Part shown: piece by piece, positions 35,701 through 47,700 of the stretch | Layout: every line of letters starts with the position of its first letter | Position numbering within the stretch: the stretch's first letter is position 1 | Source: Callorhinchus milii | Lineage: Eukaryota | NCBI RefSeq assembly: GCF_018977255.1 | Contig: NW_024704771.1 | Span: 2,418,001-2,482,000, forward strand | DNA: 64,000 nt | Reading direction: 5' to 3' | Translations under genes and position numbers: made by a program | The notes under the pieces: generated by a model | The model's database searches: none | Told to the model about the DNA's origin: nothing | The model's input: only the letters and a program-made list of their open reading frames with translations

Positions 35701-38700
35701 TGTTTTGTGGACGAAAGCGGCAACCAATTTGCGTACAATAATATTCTTACACTAGAGTGAGTGTAGAGTGAGTGACTGAGATTATTTAGGGGATTGTGTT
35801 GAGCAGGACATCAGGAGAGGGAAACTCCCTTCACTTTTCAAATAGAGCTATGAGATCTCTAACCTCCACCTGGGGACGAGGCACAGATGGTGAGCTCATT
35901 TTAAGGATGCACTAACAACCAGGTTCCTACTTACTGCGAGGTTAACAGAGGGTGTGTGTAGAGTAAGAAAATTGCCTAATATTTCGCCCTGCCGGGAATC
36001 AAACCCAGGTCTCTTGTGTATGAGGTGCTCTAACCACTGAGCTACAGGTCTCCACGAGGACCATTTGGTTGAAGCATTGATTGTGTACCTTTTCGAGATG
36101 AGTTGTATCTGGTTCAAACCCACTGAGCAGGGAGATGTCAACAACTGCCATTCCAGACTTGATCTCATTCAGTTCGATCTCATCCTCCCGCCTGGCACAA
36201 GAGAGGAGGCACATGGTATCAACACCACATTGACAATACAAATAATAATCCTTTACCTTTCATGCAGAGCCTTTCGGGTCAGGCGGGCATGTCAAAGTGC
36301 TTCACAGGATATACATTTTCACCTACAAAATACACCGTCAATTCACTTTACAGTAAATTCTGTGAAGCGCTTTGAGACATCTCGAATGATGTTTGTGGGA
36401 CTCATGATAAGGCCCTATATCAAATAAAAATAATTATAATCCTTGAACAGGATAGATGCAACCTCAGTTTAATAATAATAGCTACATTTGATATAGTGCT
36501 TTTCACGTCTTTGAGATATCTCAAAGCTCTTCACAGAATATACTGTAAAGTAATTTGACTGTATGTTTTGTGGGCAAAACGCGGCAACCAACTCCACACA
36601 ACAGAGTCCCACAAGCAGTTGTGGAGTGAGTGACAATTTATTATTGTTATTTTTTTGAAATAACATAATTATTTAGTTATTTGGGGGAGCTGGGGAAGCG
36701 CAGAATTTTCAGAGGTGCCTGGCTTCACTTTGAGATGTTAAACCGAGGTCCCATCTATACCTGTTTGAGTGGACATTAAAGAGCCCTTGTCAGAATTCGA
36801 AAACAGAACGGAGTTTCTCACTCTCCTGGTGTCCCACTGATTAGTCATTTGTTCATTTTATGGTTGTTTGTGGGAATTGCTCCCTGCAACCTGTCTGCTT
36901 TGTTTGCCCACTAAACACGCAGTCACTTTACAGTGACTTTGAGTGAAGCTTTGAGTGTTTCTAACTTGGTGATGAGCTGAATGCCGAGGATTGTAATGAA
37001 TTAGGTGTGGAGTTGAGACTTTTGCTGTCTTTCAATCTCAACTGCACACCGAATCCAATTTGACTGCATTGCAAAAGGGACCCATTTGATTTTAAGAAAT
37101 CTGTTTAGACGTGGCACAGGGTCAAACTCGGGATTTCACTGACTTCGCTCTACCATCTCTGTCTCCTCCAACATGGCTATGATTGACAGACTGGGCTACC
37201 AGCCAATCAGTCAGTGGCTGCTGTCCAGCCCTTGATTGGCAATTGCTTTTCAGCCAGGGACCGGGGCGGGGGGGGGGGGCAGATGAGGAGCTGTGATTGG
37301 GCTGTCAGTCAGTCAGTCAGTGGGTGGGCTGTGGGTCGTTGAAAATATCAACCCAATTACAAAAGAAGGCCAGATAAACAAGTCAGTTTTGTCCGACTTT
37401 GGCCAACCTTAACTGATTGGGAGGTTCATGAGACCCCTCTGACCACCACCACTGGTTCTGCCACTGCAGATAGACTTGATACAGCCCAAAGGATACAGAG
37501 GAGGGTAACCAAAATGATTGAGGGGATGGAGGGACTCGACTACGAGGAGCGATTAGATAAACTGGGGATGTTCACGCTGAAGGAGAGAAGGTCGAGGGGT
37601 GATACGATTGTGGTCTTTACGATTCTGAAGGGACTAGATAATGTAGATCATGATAAGCTGTTTTATCTTGTACTGAACAGTAGAACTTGAGGACACAGCC
37701 TGAGATTGAAGGGGGACAAATTCAGAGCAAATCTGTGGAAACACTACTTCAGTGAAGTGAGTATTAAACTTATGGAACAGGCTCCCTAGGGAGAACGTGG
37801 AAGCAGAAGATGTCATTTGTTTCAAGAATAAATTAGATAGATTTCTACTAGAAAATAATATATTGGGTACAACAACAAAAAGTTACATTTGTTAGTACCT
37901 TTCACATCGTGAGGGCATCCCAAGTGCTAGACATACAGTATTTACGACCCAAGCTGGGGGTCAGGATTTGGGAGGGTGGAGGGCAGGGGGGGAAATGGGA
38001 CATAGTATATAGTTTGGGACATGACATGTTAAGCGACTGCCTGGAAGGTGAACCAGTCTTCTTTCGCCAGCAAATTCTTATGTTCTTATGATATATCCCC
38101 CACTCCGATCCTCTGCCAATATGCTCACCATGTGCAGACTGTGTAGTAAATGGTTCGGTCAGCCTCTGTCTTGACAACCTCTCGCTTCCTCCGTGACCTC
38201 AAGTCATGCCAACCAATGAGGCCCAATGACTGGTCTTCAGGAAGAATTGTGTTATTGTATTCAAAGTGAGAGTCTGAAGAACAACAATAACTTGGGTTTA
38301 TATAGTGCCCTTAGCATAAGGTGGCATGTTGAATTAACAACAACAGTAAAATTATATTTCCATAATGCCTTTCACATGAGTAGGACATCCCTAGGTGCTG
38401 GAGAGTCAATGTTTTGGACCCAAGCTGGGGGTCAGGATTGGGAAGGGTGGAGGACAGGGGGGGAAGGAGGGTGAAGGAGGAGGTGGGGAACTTGAAGCAG
38501 GCTGGAGACTGATGAATGGAGGGAGCGGGAAGTTTGATAGGGGGGTAGAAGGTCACATAAGTAGGGGAGAGCAAGACCATGGAGGGCTTTGAAGTTGAGG
38601 ACAGGATCTTGAACTGTATCCTCTGTATGATGGGAAACCTGTGGAGTCGGGCAAGAATGGGGGTGATAGGGTCACAGAGCCTGGAGAGGATGCGGGCTGC

Positions 38701-41700
38701 AGAGTGCTGGATGGTCTGCAGCCTGTGGAGGGAGAAGTTAGGGAGGCCAACAAGCAGGGAGTTTGCATACTCAAGCCTGGATGTTATGAATGCGTTTAGG
38801 GTTTCTGCGGCCTACGGTGTGAGATAGTGGCAAATCCAGGTCTCTTGCATGCAAGGCGAGTGCTCTAACCACTGAGCTACAGGACTCCAGAGAGGAGAGT
38901 GTTACTGGCTTCAAGGTATGACTTACCCAGGTATTCCATTTTGCTCTGTATGGTGACCTCCAGTTTGAAGTGTGTGCATGGGTTTGAAAGCTCCTCCAGG
39001 AGACGGTAAGTTTTGAGAAGCTGAAAATTAATAATAATCCTTACATTTGAAACAGCACATGCTCACATGATTGAAACACCTCAAAATGCTTCGCAGGATA
39101 TACTGTAAAGTGCAGTGACTGTATAATTTGTAGACAAATGAGGCAGCACAATTTGTGCACAGCGCCATCCCACAAATAGCCATGAAATGAGTGAAGACTT
39201 TTATCTGCAGAATAATCAGCAGGTCAGCATGAGAGTAACTCCCTTCTCTTTTCTAATAGGTCACAGGATAATAATAAAAAAAATAATCCTTGCGTTTAAC
39301 ATAGGGCCTTATCATGTCTTTCAGATGTCTCAAAGTGCTTCACAGAATATACTGCAAAGTGAATTGACTGTATATTTTGTGGGCGAATCGTGGCAGCTGA
39401 TTGCACACACAGTGTCCCACAAACCGACTTGGATTGAGTGACCAATATATAATTATTATTTATTTTTGAAGGAATTATTACCCCTGGAAAACTGATCCAC
39501 CAATCGACGAACAATCAGGTTCCTACTTACTGCTAAGTAAACAGAGGCAAGTGGAGTTACAAAACTTGCCCAATGTCTCGCCCTAGCAGGAATCAAACCC
39601 AGGTTTCTCGCTTGCAAGGTGAGTGCTGTGAGCTACAGGACTTCACAAATAATAATTGTAAATGACTTACATTCAACGTTCCATTCCCGGTACCTGATAG
39701 CTTGACCTGAATTTTGCTTCCCAGCGGAAACTATGAGAGCAAGAAGTCAAACAGAATATTAATAATAATAGTAATGATATGGCATTTATTACAATGTCTG
39801 TGACATCCAAATCTCACAGTGCTTCTCAAGTAATTTTAATAATAATTCTCACACTTGGTTTCTCATTCTATAATGTTGTTGCATCTCAAAGTGCTTCACA
39901 GGATTGTACTGTGAAGTGCAGTGACTGTGAGTTTTGTGCACAAATGCAACAGCCAATTTATGCGCAGTCCCACAAACAACCATTAAGTAAATGTTCATTT
40001 TTATTTGGTGGGGGCAGGGGGCATTTTCAGCCATTATAACTTGGCTGAAAATGCACTTCAAACAATGCAGTGTGCACCCACCCCACCCCTCCCCGCCCCA
40101 CCCAGCACTGCACTGAAGTGTCAGCCCGGATTATATGAGTTGCAAGTTGTCAACATGCGGCTTCAACTCATAACCTTCTGACTCTGTTCCACTATTGGCA
40201 AACATGCTTTTAGTCACTCTGTTACTGCCTACCTCTGCCTTTCCCCATCTTTGTCCATCTTCAGATCTGAAGACCTTCCTCTTCAACCGACCATATGGTC
40301 ACCTCCCCTCCCTCCCTGGTTTTGTGTCAAGCTCTGTCACTGTTAAGCCCCCCGAGGTGCTGCCTCCACATGAAGGGCGTTGTGTAAATGCAATTTGTTG
40401 TTATTTTAATGTCTGTACCTTCAACTCGGTGCGGCTCAAAGCATTTCTCTTCTGTAAGTAGATTTGCGTCATCCTTCCATTCTCACTGAATTCCACATCC
40501 ATGTTCAGCTGTTCCTTCTCAAAGGTAATCCTGTGGTAAGTAGACAGAGCTTCTAGAGCCACCACTGTGTCCTGCACCGGGAATAAGAGGGGAAGAAATA
40601 GGCAAATGACCTAGGGTTAGCGGAAACAAGTTATGAGACAAGCTAAAGGGGCTCTTCAGCCTTGAGAGAAGACAACTCAGAGAGGATCTCTTAGGTGTGT
40701 CTAAAATTTCAAATGAGATTGAAAAAGTGAGCTGAGCCGCGATTCTGCTCCACCCTCGCCTACCCCCAGGCAAGCGACCGTCACACAGGAGGCCTGTAGC
40801 TCAGGGTTAGAGCACTCGCCTCGCAAGTGAGAAGACCTGAATTTGATTCCCAGGCACGGTGAAATGTTGGGCAAGTTCCTTACTCCACAAGCCTGTTTAC
40901 CTAGCACTAAATAGGAACCCGGATGTTAGTTGATAGCGGATCGCTTTTCTGGGGGTAATAATCCCTTCCAAAAAACTAATAACAATAAATTGGTCACTTC
41001 AATCCACAACTTTTTGTGAGACACTGCTGTGTGCAATTGGCTGCAGTGTTTTCCCCACAAAATATAGTTAATTCACTTTACAGTAATGTAAGTGTACTCT
41101 GTGAAGTGCTTTGAGACGTCTTGAAAACGTGATAAGGTGTAAGGATTATTATCATTATTATTGAACCGGAAGAAATTCCTACCTGTGTTGAGCGGAATCC
41201 TCCACCATAGTTACGTTGCTCTGTCAGCCATTTGGCAATGGTGGATGCAAATGTCTCGTCCTTCATCATGAGGCTTTGCAGCAGAGCATAGGACGTTGCT
41301 TCCACCGCCAAGGCTGAGGCGTGGGAAGGGTTCTTCTCTCCCCCAACTAGTTCCACATCCGTCACCTTCCAGTAGCGAATGTCTTTCTCTGTGTGAACAA
41401 AAACATAAATGCTGCTTGGCCCATTACATAATAATCCTTGCATTTGATATAGCACCTTATTACATCTCCGAGTTGTCTTTTGAATTTAAGATCCTCATCC
41501 TCACCTACAAGGCCATTCACGGCCTCGCTCCCCCCCTACCTCTCTGACCTACTATCCCCCTACCTGCCCGTACCCTCCGTTCCTCTGGCTCCGGTCTACT
41601 CCACATCTTCCGCCCCAACCGCCCTACCATTGGTGCCCAGGCCTTCAGCCTCTCAGCCCCGAGGCTCTGGAACTCTATCCCCCAGTGCCTTTGCCGCTTC

Positions 41701-44700
41701 CTCCCTTTCCTCCTCAAGACCTCAAGACCTTTCTCTTTGACCGTGCCTTCAGCTCCCCTCTCGACTCTCTACTCCCTCCTCGCTCACTCCCTTCCCTCCC
41801 CTCTACCTGACCATTTCCCCACTGCTCGGGTCCTGACCCAACTGTACAGCGCCACTTGGGACGTCCTCCCGACGTGAAAGGCGCTCTATAAATGGAATCT
41901 TGTTGTTGTTGTTGTTTTGGTGCTTCACAATAAAATGAATTGACTGTACGTTTTGTAGGCAAAACGTGGCGGGCAATTGCACACAGCTTTGTCCGTCCCA
42001 CAAACAGTCGTGGATTGATTGATCAATTTTTTTTACATTCCTTGTCAAGATTTGCTGGATCCCTGTCACACAGGATTGACTTCAAAGTCCTCACACTTTG
42101 CACCTGAGCACCAGCCCCACCTCTCTGACCTGCTCAAACCTACTCCTGTAACCATCGCCGTCATTCATCTGTGTCCGGTCTCCTGCTGATACCTCATCCC
42201 ATCTGCTCCAGTATTGACCTCTGGGCTTTCAGCTGCTATGCCCTGAACATATGAAACTCTCTGCCTCAATCCTTCTGCCTTGTCCCCTCTTTGCCAATCT
42301 TCATCTCACGCCTGAAAACTTTCCTGCATAGGCCTACGGTCAGCTCCCCTTTCTCCACAGCTTGCGCCAACTTTCCCATTATTAATTGAATGGCGGATTG
42401 CTTTTCAGAAGTAAAAATTCCTTCAAAAAACCTATAGTAATAAATTGGTCATTTTAATCCACGACGGTTTGTGGGACACTGCTGTGCACAATTGGCTGTC
42501 GCGTTTTGCCCACAAAATATACGGTCAATTCACTTTACAGTGTTTTCTATAAAGCGTTTTGAGACGTCTCGAAGACGTGATGAAGCGCAATATCAAATGC
42601 AAGGATTATTATTATGAGTAGTAAATGTTCTGAGATGCTACCCTGCATGAAGGGCGCAATATAAATCCAGGCTGTTGTTACTATAATGTGCCCCACTACA
42701 GCGCAGGTTCCATTATAATACGGTTTGAGTCGCTGCTGTTTCCTATACTAAAATGGCTATCTTCCTTCTTATTAAGTCAGCGCTGTTTTCCAGGATGTGG
42801 TTTCAGCAGCGACCCAATGACCCGATAGTCAGCCATTTTCTGGATACAAACTGACCGACTTCTAGAGTCACCTGGTCGTCGATGACACCACTTCCTGTTT
42901 TGCTTCCTCTGTGTGGGAGGGGGGAGGTGACCGTAAGCACAATCAAAAAGGAAGATCTTTGGGTGGGATTTGAAGGGGGTAGGGAGGGTGGGAAAGGGGG
43001 TAAGGCAGAGGCATCGTGGAGAGAGTTCCAGAGTTTTGGGGTGTGGTGGCTGAAGGCATGACAACCGACAGTGGCAATGCCACCCACTGTTACCTCTCAG
43101 CGAACTCACCTCTGTTGTAATAGGCCAGGTCCTTCAGCTTTCTGTGAGCCTTCACTGACCCAGGACTATCTGGACTGGCCAACGTGAGTGCATAGGCAGC
43201 GATAGCGGTTACAAAGGGGTGCTTGATACTCGGCACTTCCTTGTGCAGAAAACCGAGAGCCTTCGCGATACTATTTTTCTGGAAAAAAAGCCAAGAATAA
43301 GCCTGGAATCTGACCTTGAATCAAGACCCTTTTCTTCGACAGTGCTTTCGGTCACTCTCATACCCTTCCTGCCCCAAATTACCCCAAACCCCTCCCACTG
43401 CTCAGGTCCAAATCGCTGGCTGTTCAGTGTCTTTAGATGTCCTCCCGATGTGAAAGTTGCAACACAAATGCAATTTTGCATTGAATCGTATTCATAAAGC
43501 AATTCCCAGGCACTCCCAACATTGGGATCATAGTGTGTCTCTACCGAATTGGGAGGTGCCATCTTGTAAATGAGGAGGTTAAACCTTGCTATCCATTTAT
43601 GCCTGTTCAGGTGGCAGTTAAAGTTCCCATAGTGATAATCGAAAAGAGAAGAGAGTTTCTCTCTCCCTTCAATTCCCCAATCTCCTGCAAAACTCCCCCC
43701 CCAAATTAGTTGCTCCATGACTATTTGCGAGATGTTGCTTTGTGCAAATTGGCTGCTGCATTTGCCTACAAATACCGGGTAAAATCTGTGAAGTGCTTGG
43801 AAATGTCTCAATAATGTGAAAAGCCACTTTATCAAATTCAAGAATTATTATTATTATTACTATTATTATTTTGTGCATAGCAAAGTCTCACATAGAGTTA
43901 CAGGAAGAATGTATGATTTTGTTGGGGGATTGTCAGCCAGCACAATAGGAGAGAGAAATTCCTTTCTCTTTTTAAATAGCACCATGGGATCTTTAACGTC
44001 CACTTTAATAGGCACAGATGGGGCCTTGGTTTAATGCCTCAGCTGAAGGATGGCATCTCCAAAAATGCCACACTCCCCCCCAGCATTACACTGAATTGTC
44101 AGACTAGACAGTGAGCTCAGGGTCCCCAAATGAGGCTTGAACCTTCAACCTTGTGACTCAGATTTGGGGGAGAGAAAGTAAGAAGGTAAGTTATCTATCA
44201 CCTTACCACTTGTGTAACTGGGATGATGTCATGTCTCTTATATGAATCCAAGGAATGCTGCAAGGCGATGGTAACAAAAGCGGTCATGGATACCAAGCTT
44301 TCAACTCCTCCCTGAAAATACACAGGGGAGAATTTTAAAGACAGGTGCAGAAAAGAAAAACTAAAGTGTAAAATCATACAACGACACCAGACACAACCGA
44401 TCACACCCAACCACCCACAACCACATGCAACCAAACACACACGTCCATGTAAACACTCGCAATTACACACATCTACACAGACATATGCAACCAGCCACAC
44501 AACCACACAGTGACACACTCAACCAGCCACACACAACCCAACGAGACCCTCACAAGCAGACACTCACAACTACACAGAGAAAAGTGTGGGAGAGAAGAAA
44601 TAGTGTTAGAACTTTACACAAGATTGGTTCAGGTGAAGAAAGCCTTTGGTCCCATCTAATCTGATTCTTCCAGAACACACACCCATAGTGTCCTAGAATC

Positions 44701-47700
44701 ATAGAATTATACAGCACCGAAGGAGGCCATTCGGCTCATCATGTCTGTGCCAACTCTTTGAAAGAGCTATGCAAATTAATCTCACTCCCCTGCTCTATCC
44801 CAATAGCCTTGCAAACTTGTCCTTCTCAAATATCTATCCGCTTCCCTCTTGAAAGTTGTTATCAAATCTGCTTCCCCCACCCATTCAGGCAAACCATTCC
44901 AGATCGAAACAACTCAGTGTGTGAAAACAAATCTCCTAACCTTCCCTCAGGGTCTTTTGACAACTATCTGTCCTTCCATTACTGGATCAAGCTGCTTTTT
45001 AAATAACCCCCAGTGTCCTGGCCTAACCCACCATTCCTGGTAATCCTGTTCCCATTGTCAGTTCCTCTCTGGCTAAAGAAAAACATCCTGGTGTCTTTAT
45101 CCTGAAATTGACCTTTACAACTCCAAACCAATGTCCTGCTGTCAAGGTTCATCTGAAAGTATTGATCTAAATTTATGTGACCTGCATCTCTCTTGCCATC
45201 ACGGGATGGGGATCTTCAAAGTGGCCGGAGCTGTTCTGAGCATTGATCAGATAAGAAACAGATTTGTGGATGAACATGTCGTTGACAATGATGTGCTTCC
45301 TGGCGATCGAGAGGATTTTAACCATAAATGCTGTTAGCCTGAAAAGGTAAAAAAAAAAAGGCGATGAGGAGAAATTTCAGCTCATATTTATGCTGATACT
45401 CCTGTGGAGGGCCGTCCTTTCTATGAGATGTCAAACCAAGCTCCCTATCTGTATCTGTCCAGGTGGACGTTAATGAACCCTGTGGGAGAAGGGATTTCTC
45501 TTTCCCAATGTCTTGGCCAACAATACCCTAGATAAAATTGGTCATTCATTTCATGGTTCCTTGTGGGACAAATTGGCTGATGCATTTGCCTACAACACGC
45601 AGTCGCTAAATTTTGCATGTTTTATTTATACAGTGCCCTTCATTGGGGTAGCATCTTGGTGCACTTAATGTTAGTGGAATTTGATGCTGAGCCGGCGAGA
45701 AAGGGGAGGTGATCATAGGCACGGTCAAGGACAAAGGTATTCAGGTGCGATCTGAAGAAGGGGACAAGGTGGAGGGCCTGAGGCAGGGAATGATAGGTTC
45801 TCGGTGCGCAGTGGCTGAAAGATGGCTACAGATGGTGGAGTGAGCGTGGGTACAAGGGATATGCAGAAGGACTGAACCAGCTGACTTCATAACAGATCAT
45901 GGCTATGAAATCTATCACAAAATGTGATATTTCTTCACCCCAATAAATACATGTAAATCTCACCACACACTGCTTGGAGTTTCCTTCCACGTTCCATATG
46001 ATCCATCCGCTTTCTGATACTCCAGAATCTTTGTATAACCTGGAATTGAACCATGGAGTTTGTATTAAAATAAGTCCTGTAACTCAGTAACCTCCCATCA
46101 CAAGCGAGAGACCTGGTTTTGATTCCAGTTTCCTTACTCTACATGCCTCTGTATACCTAGTAATAAGTGGGAACCCAGTTGTCAGTCGATTTGCAGATCG
46201 CTTTTCCGGGGGTAATAATTCCTTAAAAATTAATAACTTGGTCACTCAATCCACAACTCTTTCTGGGACACTGCTGTGCACAATTGGCTGCTGTATTTAG
46301 CCAATAGTCCACTGGCTCCCTGTCACTGAACAGAGTGATTTTAAGATCCTCACAAGATCCTCACATCCATCGTGCCCTGGCACCTCCCTACCTCTCCGAC
46401 CTGCTTACTCCCCAAACCACAACCGCTGCCTCCGCTCGACTGGCTTCGGCCTTCTCCATGAATCATGTGCCCTCAGTTCCACTATCGGTGGCCACACTTT
46501 AAGCCACTACACCCTGAAACTCTGTAACCCTCTTCCTCCATCCCTCCACCTTGCCCCTTCCTTCCCCATTTTCAGGTCGTGCCTGAAGACGTTACTATTC
46601 GACTGTGCCTACGGACACCTCCCCCTTCCCCTCAACTCGGAGTTGTGTTCCACCACTGTCAAGCACTCTGGGAGGCTACAATGCATGAGGGGTGCAATAT
46701 AAATACAAGTAATTGTTGTTGTTATTTTTCAATCCTATTTAAAATCTTATCCCGGTTCCCCTCTGAGATGCTTCCCTCGAGACTGAATTGGCTTAACCTT
46801 GTCTAATCTCTGAATTGTCTTAATCCAGACTTTGGCTTGTGTCAGACAGAATGAGCCCATCATTCCCTTATTCAGACTCTGTGTGAGGATGAAGCAGGAG
46901 GAAGCTGAGATCAGCACCTGTCTTAATGTTGGCCAGAGCCTGGTCCTTGCGCTCTGATGGCAGATGCAGCCACTGCTGGCTCTGGTCCAAGTATTCAACG
47001 GCGTAAACCGTGGGAGCCAAGTGCATTGCAGTCTGCTCTGCACACCCGGTTGGTACTCTGATCAGACGGTTAATACCCTCTGGAGACAGGGAGTTTTCAA
47101 TGGATTCACCCATCAGGTCACCTGCACCAGCGTGGGAGAGAGGATGGTAGAGAGAAGGTTAGTAACTATTAGCATGTGCAATGCCAGTGTGTTGCGCTTG
47201 AGTCTGAAGTTTGTGAGTTCAGGCCGCTCGTTGAAACTCATAGAATCTAAGTTGATGCTCCAATGAGGAGTACTGCATTGTTGGAGATGTCATTCTTCAG
47301 ATCAGTCATTAACCCGGGATCCCCTCTGTGCCTGTTCAGGTAGAAATGAAAAATCCTCTGGAATTATTGGAAAAAGAAGGGAGTTTCAGCCAACAATCCA
47401 CCAAATAAATTTGGTTATTCACTTGGTTGTTTGCTGTACATTGCTGTGTGCAAATTAACTGCCTTGTTCACTCACAGAAAACATGCAGTCACTGCACTTT
47501 ACAATAAATCATGTGAAGCGCTTTGAGACATCTTGACAACACAAGACACTATATTAAATACAAGGATTATTATTAATAATAATGACCATCAACAATCCTT
47601 GCATTTAATCAAGGACCTATGATATTGAAAACAAAAACAGAAGTCGCTGGGAACACTCAGCAGGTAAGGCAGCATCTATGGAGAAAGGCAGTAAGTCAAC

